A stretch of 64,000 nt of DNA from Promethearchaeota archaeon (GCA_048939015.1 JBHLPW010000013.1:20607-84606), one strand, 5' to 3'. Numbered from the stretch's first letter, positions 47,708 through 58,504 are shown. Made by a program: numbers and translations. Notes: generated from the sequence alone by a model not told the origin.

Positions 47708-48139
47708 TCAAACCATATTATTTTTAAAAACCTCAATATGGTATTTATTAATGTCTATTAGCTGAATAGTCGCTCCAAATTCATAATAATAGGGATCAAT
47801 AAACCAATTTTCTTCTATTTTATCTCTATCACTTCTGGTGTTTCTTTGGCGTTTTACTTCGATAACAAGAAAATTATTTTTATGAGTTCCTCTTGTATGG
47901 AGTACTATATCTGGTCTTTTATCTCCAGCAGAACTTTTAATTAATTCTATATCATGTTGATAATCAGGAAATTCCTTTTGTATTTCAAAGGCTAAATGAT
48001 GAGCAAGATTCCACTCAGTTATCCTTGTTTCTGGAGTATAATCGAATATATCTGGTTGGTTTTGGAAAAGGTTTTTAACTGCATTTTCTAATTTTTCTTT
48101 TATTTGTGATTTATTCATTATTTTATTTTGGTGATTCAT
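47708..48139 (-). CDS. PD-(D/E)XK nuclease-fold protein
   Basis: E..LAHHLA, DIE, RPDIVLHTRG..NFLVIEVK. Confidence 0.7.
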   Translation of the reverse strand: MNHQNKIMNKSQIKEKLENAVKNLFQNQPDIFDYTPETRITEWNLAHHLAFEIQKEFPDYQHDIELIKSSAGDKRPDIVLHTRGTHKNNFLVIEVKRQRNTRSDRDKIEENWFIDPYYYEFGATIQLIDINKYHIEVFKNNMV

Positions 48140-48174
48140 ACATTTTCAGTAAAAAATAAGTTTTTTATTTTAAA

Positions 48175-48750
48175 TCAATTTTCTAAGTTTAATCTATCCA
48201 GTAGATTTAAATCAGGTCTGTAAATATTTACATGTCCACATTTTAAACATTGCAACACATTAGGATTTTCAGATTTAATAAATTTAAACATGTTCTTTTT
48301 ATTACAGTTTCCACATATATAATCAATTGATTTATCTTGTGTTTTAATAGTAGCTCCTGAATCTGAAACTTTTCCACTTATTTCTTTTCCAGATTTCAAT
48401 TTAAGAGTTAACAATTTAGGATTAAAATATACATCACGTAGATTTCTAATAAGGAGATTCGATATAAAATCTTTTGTAATATCTGGAAAATCATCGTAAT
48501 TTAATTTCTTTCCGCATCTAGGACATGTCCAATTAGTTAAACCAATTTCTCTCTTATCAAAATTAGTCACAACATCATAGGTTATTGTTTGACGATTTGG
48601 GTTAAACAAGAATTTTTTTCCTTCCATTTTTGTTAAATCATCACATGTTGGGCAAGGAAATAATTTTTTTTTTTTAATTTTTCTGGATGGTTTGATCTTC
48701 CAACTTTTGTATCGCCTATTCCATTTAATATAACGCTCTTTCCTTCTCAT
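48175..48750 (-). CDS. Hypothetical protein with two Zn-ribbon pairs
   Basis: CPTC/CPRC and CGNC/CLKC. Confidence 0.65.
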   Translation of the reverse strand: MRRKERYIKWNRRYKSWKIKPSRKIKKKKLFPCPTCDDLTKMEGKKFLFNPNRQTITYDVVTNFDKREIGLTNWTCPRCGKKLNYDDFPDITKDFISNLLIRNLRDVYFNPKLLTLKLKSGKEISGKVSDSGATIKTQDKSIDYICGNCNKKNMFKFIKSENPNVLQCLKCGHVNIYRPDLNLLDRLNLEN

Positions 48751-48887
48751 GATTATTGGATTTCCTGGAAATTACACTTTTTTGTAATAATTTAATATTT
48801 ATTCCTATTTAAATTTCTTTTAAAAATAATTTAGAGTTAGAGTTTTGATTATTAATAATACGAATGGTAATAACCTACCCATAATCA

Positions 48888-49280
48888 TTACTTTCTTTTT
48901 CCTTTTATCTTTTTTATACTGAACTTTATTTTTCCTAGTTTTATTGTCCCTTTCTTAGATCTTGAACGGGAAGGATAATCCAATTCAATCACATATTTAG
49001 GAGAAAACTGAAAAGATCCAATGATGCCAATCGTAGAGATAAAGGTATACGGTGATGCCGTTATATTTTCCTCAGAATATGTGAAAAATTGCGTTCTTAC
49101 ACATAAAAGACATAATAAGACGAGTGAAAATGGAATAATTATACATTTCAAACTGAGAGTAAGCCATTTAAAATGACCGATAACGTTTAGTTTTATCTCT
49201 CGTAATCGAAATAAATAGGTTAAACCAGCTAAAAGAGAAAGAATAAGACTTAAAACACTACTTATTACAAAAAAGATCAT
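48888..49280 (-). CDS. Hypothetical membrane protein, possibly 5'-truncated
   Basis: Hydrophobic helices; frame open a short way upstream with no start codon. Confidence 0.45.
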   Translation of the reverse strand: MIFFVISSVLSLILSLLAGLTYLFRLREIKLNVIGHFKWLTLSLKCIIIPFSLVLLCLLCVRTQFFTYSEENITASPYTFISTIGIIGSFQFSPKYVIELDYPSRSRSKKGTIKLGKIKFSIKKIKGKRK

Positions 49281-49376
49281 CGTAAATATAAGTTTGAAAA
49301 AAGAATTATAGACTACTTCATTTTATTTTGAATTACATAACGTATCACGAAATTAGAAGTAAAAAATGTTTTAGGG

Positions 49377-50489
49377 TTAGATAAATAAGTATGCAATAAT
49401 CGGTATAAAGGTTAAAAGTAATGAAAATAATGTAAGAAATTTAGGTATTTTTTGTGAAGACAATAATTGTTTTTTTTCCAGTGCTATAGCAATTTGTAAA
49501 TATACTTGCTTCTCATTTTCTTCTAGATGATTATATACAATTTTATACAAATTTTGCAGAGATTTAGACTTAAGTGTTTTATTTCCTGTATAGTTTCGTA
49601 TAAAGGTTAGAATTTCAAATATTAATAATATAACCATTGCTATAAAAACTATGATCGTAACAACATTTAATTCTCTTCTATAGATAACTGTAAATCCAAA
49701 AAGAAAAAACTGCCCAAATACTATTATTGCTTCGGAAATATTGATAGTCTCAAATGAATTGGTAAAGGGAATAGAATATTCAAGTTTAATTTTCTGGGGA
49801 TCAATTCTTAATTTTCTCATTGTATAAATACCATAATACAAAGAATAAAAACAAAAAATCAGTAACCAAAATAAAAAAATAGGAACAACTATATTAACGT
49901 CTGGTGTATATACTTCAAGAACAAGCAAAATAAAAAAAGCAATAATATTGTACCAAGTTATAGTAAACCAAGCTTTACTAATGAAATTTAGAACGATAGC
50001 AAAAATTTTCTTCCATATTGGTCTCTTTGAGTTATTTATTATATGAATTAATCCATCTAATGTGTAAATTGAGCCCTTCCTCTCATCCTTTTTATTTATG
50101 TCGAAATCTCTGAAATATGAAATCTTTTTATTGTCCTTTACTCGATATGATTCTTGATTATGCTTTGTAATAATTAGTTTATTTGTAATTATCCTTGGTG
50201 GAAATAAAACATCTTGGTCATAAGATATTTCTTTCAGGATATTTTTTAAAGAAGGAAGAGTAACCTCACTAATATCTTGTCCACTAAATTCGTACTTTAA
50301 GTCTTTAATATTAAAATTTTCAACTAGAATCTTTACAGTTCCTTCCATGCTTTCCACTAATGATTCTTTTAATAATTCCTTGTGCTTATTAAAAAAATAA
50401 AACTTAATAAATTTATACGGATAGAATTTAACTGATTTATTCAAGAAACTAAACAATTTATTTATGAAAAAGAGCTTATTAGGCTTCAT
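49377..50489 (-). CDS. Hypothetical protein with about 5 C-terminal TM helices
   Basis: 370-aa ORF, soluble N-half, hydrophobic C-half. Confidence 0.65.
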   Translation of the reverse strand: MKPNKLFFINKLFSFLNKSVKFYPYKFIKFYFFNKHKELLKESLVESMEGTVKILVENFNIKDLKYEFSGQDISEVTLPSLKNILKEISYDQDVLFPPRIITNKLIITKHNQESYRVKDNKKISYFRDFDINKKDERKGSIYTLDGLIHIINNSKRPIWKKIFAIVLNFISKAWFTITWYNIIAFFILLVLEVYTPDVNIVVPIFLFWLLIFCFYSLYYGIYTMRKLRIDPQKIKLEYSIPFTNSFETINISEAIIVFGQFFLFGFTVIYRRELNVVTIIVFIAMVILLIFEILTFIRNYTGNKTLKSKSLQNLYKIVYNHLEENEKQVYLQIAIALEKKQLLSSQKIPKFLTLFSLLLTFIPIIAYLFI

Positions 50490-50622
50490 ATGATTAGATT
50501 TGTAAGTAACATGTTTGTTTCTTTAATATCTCATAAAATCAAACCTTAAATGAAGTAAACTCTTTTTCTCACTTAGAACTCTCTAACACTGGTATTAAAA
50601 ACAAAAAAATGGTAAAACCAAT

Positions 50623-51402
50623 ATGCGAAAAATTGTATCATTCTCAGGAAAAGGCGGAGTAGGAAAATCCACACTTCTTGTTCTTATGCTCAAGTATCTC
50701 CTCGAAAAATTTAAAGATCTCAACATCCTCGTAATTGATGCTGATCCCGATGCTAATATCGGAGACATCATTGGAAAAGAAATTCATTTCAAAGAAACCA
50801 TTGGAGGAAAAATGGCTGAATTTAAACATAAAATCCAAAAAAGACTAATACCTCTAGATGTCTCAAAGGATCAAATCGTCGAATCTGAGGTATTTGATGC
50901 ACTTATTGAAATGGATGATTTTGATATTTTGGAAATGGGACGCGGAGAGGGAAGCGGGTGTTACTGTAGCATCAATAACTATTTGAAACGCATTATTGAT
51001 GTATTAGCAAGAAATTATGATATAGTGCTTATCGACGCTCCTGCAGGGCTGGAGTTTTTTTCCCGAAAAACAGGACAAAATGTCACGGATTTAGTTATCG
51101 TGAGTGATCCTTCTAAAATGGGCATTCACACCATGAAACGCATATTAGAAGTAACCAAGGAGGTCGATTTAAAATTTGAAAATGTCTGGATCCTTGGTAA
51201 CAGGTTTCCAGAAAATTCTTTAAGAGAGATTTTTGAAAAAGAAGTCGTAGGTATCGGAAAAGAATATGTGAAGCTCCTCGGGTTCATCTCAAATGATGAT
51301 GAGATTAGTAAAATGAACATAGTAGGAGAAAACTTATTGTTGTTGCCTAATGAGAGTGTAGCATATAAAACTGGAAAGGAATTATTTGCTAAAATAGTTT
51401 AA
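50623..51402 (+). CDS. cooC: CooC/AcsF-type nickel-insertion ATPase
   Basis: SGKGGVGKST, IDADPD, MGRGEGSGCYC, DAPAGLE..SR. Confidence 0.92.
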   Translation: MRKIVSFSGKGGVGKSTLLVLMLKYLLEKFKDLNILVIDADPDANIGDIIGKEIHFKETIGGKMAEFKHKIQKRLIPLDVSKDQIVESEVFDALIEMDDFDILEMGRGEGSGCYCSINNYLKRIIDVLARNYDIVLIDAPAGLEFFSRKTGQNVTDLVIVSDPSKMGIHTMKRILEVTKEVDLKFENVWILGNRFPENSLREIFEKEVVGIGKEYVKLLGFISNDDEISKMNIVGENLLLLPNESVAYKTGKELFAKIV

Positions 51403-51442
51403 TCTTACAAAAACTATATATATTGTTCTCGAAATGTATAAA

Positions 51443-54400
51443 TTATTCCTTATATAGAATCTCCTCGTCAAAAAGCGGTAGGTCACAGTTAGGGTGTACT
51501 TTGATTATGTAATAATCAGGATCTGGGATTTTCAAATATTCAGTAATCGAGTTTTTAATATCTTCTTTTCTATAAAGCTTTATTTTCTTTGTATCAATAA
51601 AATATAATTCAAAATCAGGTGGAAGTTTTTTCACGTCTGGGAGATCAATCCATACATGTGTCAAATGCTTCATTTGAAGTAAAAATCGAGGAAATTCGCA
51701 AGAATTTGCTACTTTAAACAGAAGTCGATATTCATTTTCAGGAGAATCAAAGGGAGCCCATATATAATCTAATGATTTTGAAGTTATTATAAGTTGTTTA
51801 AATCGAGATAAATTTGATATAAAATCAGGTAGTTTATTTAATCCAGGAAGATTAATCTGAAAATGAGTTAAATTTTTTAATTGATTATCTATTTCTGGTA
51901 TTTTACAATTTATTTTAACTCTTAATTGAAATAATCCCTTATTTTCGGCAATAAAAGTATCTTGAATTGCTTGGGGGAGCCCTTCATTAGTGATTATCAA
52001 TTTTTTAATATTAGGAGATTCCAACATCCATTCACTTAGATTGACGGTTTGAAGATGTTCAAATCTAAAATGAGTGAGATTTGAAAAATCCGCTTTTATT
52101 TTAGGAATATCAGATCCTGGATGTTCGTAAACAAAAATATAATTGCCTGTTTCAGAGAGTCTCCATAAATGTTCATTTTTAAAATGACTCCTTCCTATCC
52201 TTCCAAGTGGACAAATTATTAATTTTTTTATTATCCCTTTAATTTCAAAGTTTTTTGATAGAAATTGATAATTAGAAATAAACAAATTCATAATATTCTC
52301 TTCAATAGTCAGATCTGATATCTTATAATAACGATCATACGTCAATAGGACTTGTGGTTCTTGTGATTTTTCATTTTCGATAATGTTATTAAATTCTAAT
52401 TCCTTAGAATGTGCATTTATTATCACATGTGAATAAATTTTTAGTTCCAACAAAGAGAGAGGGAGATTCTTTATCTTAGGTGAATCAATTATTAATTTTT
52501 TTATATTAGTAAGAAATGTAAGGCGTTTGGGAAATTTAATATTATTAAAGCCTTCTATATGAAGAAATTCTAACTCTTTAAGTTGAGAAATCGTATCATG
52601 GATATCTAAGGGTATAATAGATTCAAATTTATTTGGCACACTAATTTTTAATTTTTTAATTGATTTATTTAATCCAAATTGTAAAGCCCTATTAACCAAT
52701 TCTAAGGACCCTAATCGCTCTAATGACCAAAATAATGGCTTTAAAGAGGAAGATGGATTTGTTATTTTTAATGAATTTATTCTGAAGTCATCAAATTCAA
52801 AGTTATAAGTTATTTCTTTATGAATTTTTTTTTCTTCATTTAAATAATTAATGACCACTGCATCTTTGATGTATAAATATTCTAATTGACTTATTTCTTT
52901 TTCTTTGAAATATTTTGGAGTTATAGCGTCTTTAAAATTTAATCCATCATCAATAAAATTAATCGAAATAGGATTTTGATCTTGTACTTTATTACTAATA
53001 GTATTATTATAAAAACAAACATACTCTAAATTTTTGAAATCATGCCACCATGAGTCTAAATTTTCTATATTATTTCCTTCTAGGTTTAGAAATCTTAATG
53101 ATTCTAGACCTAATAGAGAGTTAGGCAACTTCTTTAATTGATTGTTGCTTAAATCTAGGATTTGCAGATTTTTTAGATTACCGATAGATTTATGGATTCT
53201 TACTAGCTTATTTAATTTAAGATCTAATTTTTCTAATCCAAGTAATTTAAAAATACTATTCGGGAAATAAGGTAATTGAGATTTCCGAAGTCTTAATTCT
53301 ATAACTCTGCCTTTTTCGTTACAAATAAAACCTTTTAAGCTTTTCTGTTCTTTTAAGTCAGTAATATTTTGTAATTTAATAGTTTGCCCTAATTCCTTTA
53401 ATTCTATCTCCAGTATTTCTAACCAATATTTATCAGCTTTACATATGTCAGTGCCATGGAAATTAGCAATTAAATTAGAAATATACACTTCTATAAATTT
53501 TTGATATTCATCTTGAAATATGAATTCTTCTTGAAAGTTCTTTCTCCTCTTTTTGATAATACCACTGGAAAAAATAACGTTCCAACCATACTGATTTTCT
53601 TTAATAAAGTCTTTTAAATCATCTTCTGGAATTGGATCATAAGGATCAGCAATAATACATGTTAATTCTTGAAATATTTTTTCTATGTTATCAAAGATAC
53701 CCATTCTACTTAAAATAGTGTCCTCATTATTTGGGTCAGCAAATAATCTAAACCACTCAGGATCTTCTGGATCGAAGATATAATCCTCAAGATTAGTTGC
53801 ATTTCTAAAAAATAAATTAATGATAAATGGCTTCTTTAACAGCTTTTTTAATCTTGAATCTTGTATTTCTGAATAATTAATTCCATATCTTTCATTAATA
53901 TCTAATAATCTTTCTTCATCCACGAGATCAGATAAAATATAACTGGCTCCTGTAAATATTCGAATGTCATCAAAATATGTATACCTATCATTGTTGTATA
54001 TAAACTGTTTGTAATGTCTAAAATTGTATGAGATTTCTTCGGTATTAATCCAATCTACTAAACGTGAGGTTAATAATACCATTAAATGCTCTGGGTTGTT
54101 TTTAATACATTCTGTAAGGTCATTTAAAAACTTTTTTCGTTCATCTGGTAGTAGTTCATCAAATCCATCAAATACAAGTAATATTTTTTTGTTTTGGCTA
54201 TCAAAATTTTGTACTATCTTTTCAATTTGAGGAGACCTAAATCCTCCAAATAAATTCAAAAAATCGGACTCATAAGAACTACCTAAATGAAAATAGAAAG
54301 TTGGGAATATTTTTACATATCTGAAAGCCAAGAAGCAAACATTCCAGGTTTTTCCTAAACCCATATGTCCCAATAATAAAAAAATTCGGCTATTAGTTTT

Positions 54401-55783
54401 CGGATCCTCTATGCTGTTATAGAAATCTTCAAACTCTAAACTCAGTTTTGGATCTTCAATAAAAAAAGATTCATCATACCTATATCCATATTTAGATGAT
54501 AAATCTGCGTTATTCAAGTGATTTCTACAATATTCCAGAATATTCTTATTATCAGAATCGAAAATCTCATCATAATTTTTATTCTTATACTCTCTAAGGA
54601 CTTTATTGAAATTTTCTTTGAGAATTTCTAATATAGTTACGTTTTCGAGTTGTAATTTCTCGATTTCCTCAATTTTCACATCTTTAAATAATGGATTCTT
54701 CAATAAATAGTGAGAACTGTAAGTTAGTATTGTACGTTTGAAATCTTCAGAGTTAAATTCGAGTTCTTTAATTATATTATCTAAAATATATATAATCTTT
54801 CGAAAAATATCTTCTAACTTAATAAGAAAGAGAATTCCTCCATCCTCAATTCCTTCAATAACTTTTTTTATCAATAATTTCTGTTGAATCATGTCAAAAT
54901 TCGAAACGCAGTTTCTTGTTATTTTATCTGATATAGAAATAACAAGAGATTGTTCCAGTAAGTAACATAGATTCTGTGAAATTAGTTCTCTATCATCAAG
55001 ATCCATGGATATTATTAGATTAATTAGATTCTGCACTAAAGGCTGTATCTCTGGATTAAATCTTAGCAAGAAATCATACCAAAAATTAATTTCAAGAAGG
55101 GTATCTATATTGATATTAGAAGCTTCTACCTGATTACTAATTGTATAATCGTCTCTTCTTGCTGAAAACCTTATTTTTAAACTTTTCTCTTCAGAACTAG
55201 TATTTGCTAATATATTTTCTCTCTTTTCAAAAAATTTTAAATATTCTGTAATTCCGTTCTTAAATGAATTGTATATATTATCTCCATTACAAAATACATT
55301 GTAAAAACCTTTCGTAAAACCAATTGCACCCTCATCATTTACTTTCTTTTTAACTCCAATTGAAATGTCAATGATATTTTTTAGTTTTTCAGCTAAATCT
55401 CCCGTGTAACAGGTATTAAAAATGACTAACTTAATGAAATTACTGTATTTATTGATTGTTGAGATAAGATCGAATTCAAGAATATTCGAATTTGTATCTA
55501 AATCATCTCCAGGAAAAACAGCACCTATTTTCTCAACACCATGTCCAACAAAGTGAAGCACTTGAGGACGATATTTTAAAATTCTACTTTTTAATTGATT
55601 TCTCTTGATTGAAAGTGCAGGGATGATTTGAATATAATCTTTATAATTACTTTCCTCGATTAAATCGTAAATTAACTGAAATTCTTCGTTAGATTTCAAT
55701 ATATCCATGTCTTTAATATCTAATCCTAAAAATAGAATTGTAATCTTTTTTCTTTTGGTAGTAAACATTTTCTCTTGAATCAA
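51443..55783 (-). CDS. NLR-like protein: CHAT (caspase-like) protease - STAND/NACHT-like NTPase - leucine-rich repeats
   Basis: LHFVGHG and FNTCYT catalytic dyad; Walker A GHMGLGKT, Walker B LLVFDGFDE, LLTSR; LRRs (IGNLKNLQILDLSNNQLKKLP). Confidence 0.85.
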   Translation of the reverse strand: MIQEKMFTTKRKKITILFLGLDIKDMDILKSNEEFQLIYDLIEESNYKDYIQIIPALSIKRNQLKSRILKYRPQVLHFVGHGVEKIGAVFPGDDLDTNSNILEFDLISTINKYSNFIKLVIFNTCYTGDLAEKLKNIIDISIGVKKKVNDEGAIGFTKGFYNVFCNGDNIYNSFKNGITEYLKFFEKRENILANTSSEEKSLKIRFSARRDDYTISNQVEASNINIDTLLEINFWYDFLLRFNPEIQPLVQNLINLIISMDLDDRELISQNLCYLLEQSLVISISDKITRNCVSNFDMIQQKLLIKKVIEGIEDGGILFLIKLEDIFRKIIYILDNIIKELEFNSEDFKRTILTYSSHYLLKNPLFKDVKIEEIEKLQLENVTILEILKENFNKVLREYKNKNYDEIFDSDNKNILEYCRNHLNNADLSSKYGYRYDESFFIEDPKLSLEFEDFYNSIEDPKTNSRIFLLLGHMGLGKTWNVCFLAFRYVKIFPTFYFHLGSSYESDFLNLFGGFRSPQIEKIVQNFDSQNKKILLVFDGFDELLPDERKKFLNDLTECIKNNPEHLMVLLTSRLVDWINTEEISYNFRHYKQFIYNNDRYTYFDDIRIFTGASYILSDLVDEERLLDINERYGINYSEIQDSRLKKLLKKPFIINLFFRNATNLEDYIFDPEDPEWFRLFADPNNEDTILSRMGIFDNIEKIFQELTCIIADPYDPIPEDDLKDFIKENQYGWNVIFSSGIIKKRRKNFQEEFIFQDEYQKFIEVYISNLIANFHGTDICKADKYWLEILEIELKELGQTIKLQNITDLKEQKSLKGFICNEKGRVIELRLRKSQLPYFPNSIFKLLGLEKLDLKLNKLVRIHKSIGNLKNLQILDLSNNQLKKLPNSLLGLESLRFLNLEGNNIENLDSWWHDFKNLEYVCFYNNTISNKVQDQNPISINFIDDGLNFKDAITPKYFKEKEISQLEYLYIKDAVVINYLNEEKKIHKEITYNFEFDDFRINSLKITNPSSSLKPLFWSLERLGSLELVNRALQFGLNKSIKKLKISVPNKFESIIPLDIHDTISQLKELEFLHIEGFNNIKFPKRLTFLTNIKKLIIDSPKIKNLPLSLLELKIYSHVIINAHSKELEFNNIIENEKSQEPQVLLTYDRYYKISDLTIEENIMNLFISNYQFLSKNFEIKGIIKKLIICPLGRIGRSHFKNEHLWRLSETGNYIFVYEHPGSDIPKIKADFSNLTHFRFEHLQTVNLSEWMLESPNIKKLIITNEGLPQAIQDTFIAENKGLFQLRVKINCKIPEIDNQLKNLTHFQINLPGLNKLPDFISNLSRFKQLIITSKSLDYIWAPFDSPENEYRLLFKVANSCEFPRFLLQMKHLTHVWIDLPDVKKLPPDFELYFIDTKKIKLYRKEDIKNSITEYLKIPDPDYYIIKVHPNCDLPLFDEEILYKE

Positions 55784-55871
55784 TAAAACTAATTGAACCT
55801 TATTATGTTAATATAAATTAACAAATTTTAACATTATTGTCTTTTCAAGTAAATATTGAGATTTAGGGAAA

Positions 55872-57218
55872 TTAAAAAAAAACTTTTAATCTAGAATTAG
55901 GTTCATTAAATTTCTTCCAGTCGTATTTTTGTTTAACATCCAATTCTTTCCCTGTTAATTTCTGAAATTCAGCTATAATATAATCCTGAAACTCTTCATA
56001 GTTTAATGTGTGCGGGACGGTAATTAGGACAACATTGTATTGTTTGCACAATTCCATCTTGACTTTGTCCCGTTCTTGTTGTTTAACAAAATCCTTGTAT
56101 TTCCTATGGTACTTAGGATATAAAACATAATGTTGCGGTCCGTTAAACTCGAATGCTAACCTCAATTTTTCATTATATCCGTCAAGATGCATCTGTCCCC
56201 CACTAAATGGGTTCACTAACCATTCAGGACGTTCTTTAGGAAAGCTTGCTTTAAAAATACGTTCAAAAAAGCCTCGACACACTTGCTCTCCTTCCCCCTC
56301 TGTACAAGTAGGACACCACTGAGGACGTCGAACGTGAGTTATATCCATCTCAAAAGTATTCTCACATTTTCCGCACTTCCACTTGAATTTATAATGGCTG
56401 GGATCATGAGCTTTAAGATATTCCTCTTTACTTGATAAAAATTCTCCCTCATACCCAGTTTTAATAATCCCGATTCTTTTTGCCAATTCTAAGATTTTAT
56501 TATATGGAGTGCGGAATTTACGGGAAAGAAGGGAATATTGACAATTTCTGCACCATGATCCTGATTTTATATTTCTGGCTGTTGCCTCCCAGATATTACC
56601 ACATTTTCCACATTTCCAATGATATTTGCTCATATCGGGATGTTTGGATGTTTCATAGTCCTTCTTACTCGTTAATAATTTTCCCTCAACACCAGTTTTT
56701 TCTAAACCCCGTGTTTTAGCAAGTTCAAGCATCTGTTTATATGTCCATGTCTCCCGTCCTTGACAACGAAGGCACCATTGCTTCCGATAGAGAACTGCAT
56801 TCGGCGAGGTATTCCATATCTTTCCACACTTTCCGCATTGCCATTTAGAAGAGACATTCAATCCTTTAAACTCTTCTGAAATAAATTTCCCAGCTACTCC
56901 TGTTTTTTCCATCCCTACAATTTCAGCTAATTTCTCCATGGAGTGTTTGTCATAAGTATTTCTGCATTTAATCTCTTTCACCTGAAGTGAAGCATTAACT
57001 TCCTCAGCTAATTTTTTGAATTTCTGGAAACTTTTTTCGGGAATAGAAGAACCCTTATTTAGAACATTTCCAATAAAAAATTCAATCTCTTTACTGATAG
57101 TTTCTTGGGATAATCCTTTCTCAGTTTTCAATAATAATACAATACGACGAACCTTCTCAGGCTTTAATAGATACCGCTTCGTTATGACTCGTATATCATC
57201 CAAACTTTCACTAACCAT
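55872..57218 (-). CDS. Zn-ribbon repeat protein with C-terminal Vsr / PD-(D/E)XK-like endonuclease domain
   Basis: Three W.CGKC...WC..C repeats; E..CR..FERIF, LDGYN...AFEFNGPQHY, D..K. Confidence 0.8.
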   Translation of the reverse strand: MVSESLDDIRVITKRYLLKPEKVRRIVLLLKTEKGLSQETISKEIEFFIGNVLNKGSSIPEKSFQKFKKLAEEVNASLQVKEIKCRNTYDKHSMEKLAEIVGMEKTGVAGKFISEEFKGLNVSSKWQCGKCGKIWNTSPNAVLYRKQWCLRCQGRETWTYKQMLELAKTRGLEKTGVEGKLLTSKKDYETSKHPDMSKYHWKCGKCGNIWEATARNIKSGSWCRNCQYSLLSRKFRTPYNKILELAKRIGIIKTGYEGEFLSSKEEYLKAHDPSHYKFKWKCGKCENTFEMDITHVRRPQWCPTCTEGEGEQVCRGFFERIFKASFPKERPEWLVNPFSGGQMHLDGYNEKLRLAFEFNGPQHYVLYPKYHRKYKDFVKQQERDKVKMELCKQYNVVLITVPHTLNYEEFQDYIIAEFQKLTGKELDVKQKYDWKKFNEPNSRLKVFF

Positions 57219-57516
57219 TAATTTCCCTCTGCTTTATTTCATTTATATCATCAAAATATGCTAAAATCTCAATATTGTCTCTGTATTTTCTGTTAAATTT
57301 GGGTTTTTTATATTTTACTTCCTTGATAAGAAAGTCCTTATTCTTTTCCAAAATTCTAACTTTTACCATTAGTTTCCGACTCTTTTTAATATTGTTAGTG
57401 TTAGATTAAGTGTTATACTTAGTATACTGTCTTTTCATACTTATATCTTCTTAGACCCCTCTGATTTTGTGTATTATACCAAAACGTATATATAGTATAT
57501 TACTTACTAATATACT

Positions 57517-57669
57517 ATGGACTCGAAAGCAATCACTACCCTCATAAAAAGACCGACTAAGAAAGGAAAGAACTATTACTTCAATATCCCCATCGAATAT
57601 ATTCGTTCGGGAAAGATTGACCCCAAAAAAGAATATGAGCTCCAGATTATCGCTATTTCAAGTGAATAA
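57517..57669 (+). CDS. Small AbrB/SpoVT-like DNA-binding protein (50 aa, below ORF-track cutoff)
   Basis: MDSKAITTLIKRPTKKGKNYYFNIPIEYIRSGKIDPKKEYELQIIAISSE*; K.G..Y...IP..Y swapped-hairpin pattern. Confidence 0.6.
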   Translation: MDSKAITTLIKRPTKKGKNYYFNIPIEYIRSGKIDPKKEYELQIIAISSE

Positions 57670-58066
57670 CGCTAATACATACCATAAGTAACAGGGATGG
57701 GTTTCCCACACAGGAGCGAAGCTAAAACCTAAGAAGACTAATTGTTTTCTGCTTCAAGTACAGTCCCACATCAAAAAAATCATCACACTCTATACTAATT
57801 TTAGTAAGAAAAAGCGAAATCGAAGAAATTTTCGAATATTAAGCTCTGACCTATACCTCTGCTCGAGTCTTCAGGTGAATGACAAATACTTTAATTGTTC
57901 ATTTAAAAATTTAGATCTTCCTTCGAGTTGAGAAGTAATTAAGTATATTCTTAAGCTTACAAAAAAGTAAAAAGATTAAAATAATGTGGAAAATATATTA
58001 TATTAATTCAAATTTTTAATGAAATCTACAATAGAATATTAGTCTATGTAATAGTTTAAATTTGAA

Positions 58067-58504
58067 TTGGAGGGTGTTTTAAAATTGGAACCAAATGAAG
58101 AAAGTAAAAAAGAATTAAATAGTTTAATGGAAAAAATTGAAAAAAAAAGATCTCCAAAAGATAGAATTGAAGCGCAGCTAGATCTGATTGCTGGTTTTGA
58201 TGAGCCTAGTGCTAAATTGTTAACCCTAAAGGAATTATTATTAGAGGAAAAAGAAAAGGAACTTGCTTTCCCATTGCTTAGCTTCGATAAACAAGCAGAA
58301 ATTACCATGGAAAGAATAAAAGCACAAGAAAAGTTTGAAATTTATATAGTGGATGTGGGTATTATTGATAGAGAAAGAGCATTAAAAGAAATAGAAGAAA
58401 AAAGTGAAATCGGAATGGAAATAATTGAAATCGAAAAAATAGCAGTTAAATTTGCTTTAGAAGATATTAGAAAACAAATAAGTGAGGGGAACATGCAATT
58501 ATGA
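58067..58504 (+). CDS. Hypothetical acidic/helical protein, translationally coupled to the downstream protease
   Basis: 145-aa ORF; stop overlaps next ATG (ATGA). Confidence 0.65.
   Translation: MEGVLKLEPNEESKKELNSLMEKIEKKRSPKDRIEAQLDLIAGFDEPSAKLLTLKELLLEEKEKELAFPLLSFDKQAEITMERIKAQEKFEIYIVDVGIIDRERALKEIEEKSEIGMEIIEIEKIAVKFALEDIRKQISEGNMQL

Noticed and set aside
46510-50620. Classical integron attC array
   Set aside because: No RYYYAAC...GTTRRRY hairpins recognisable in the spacers and no intI in the window
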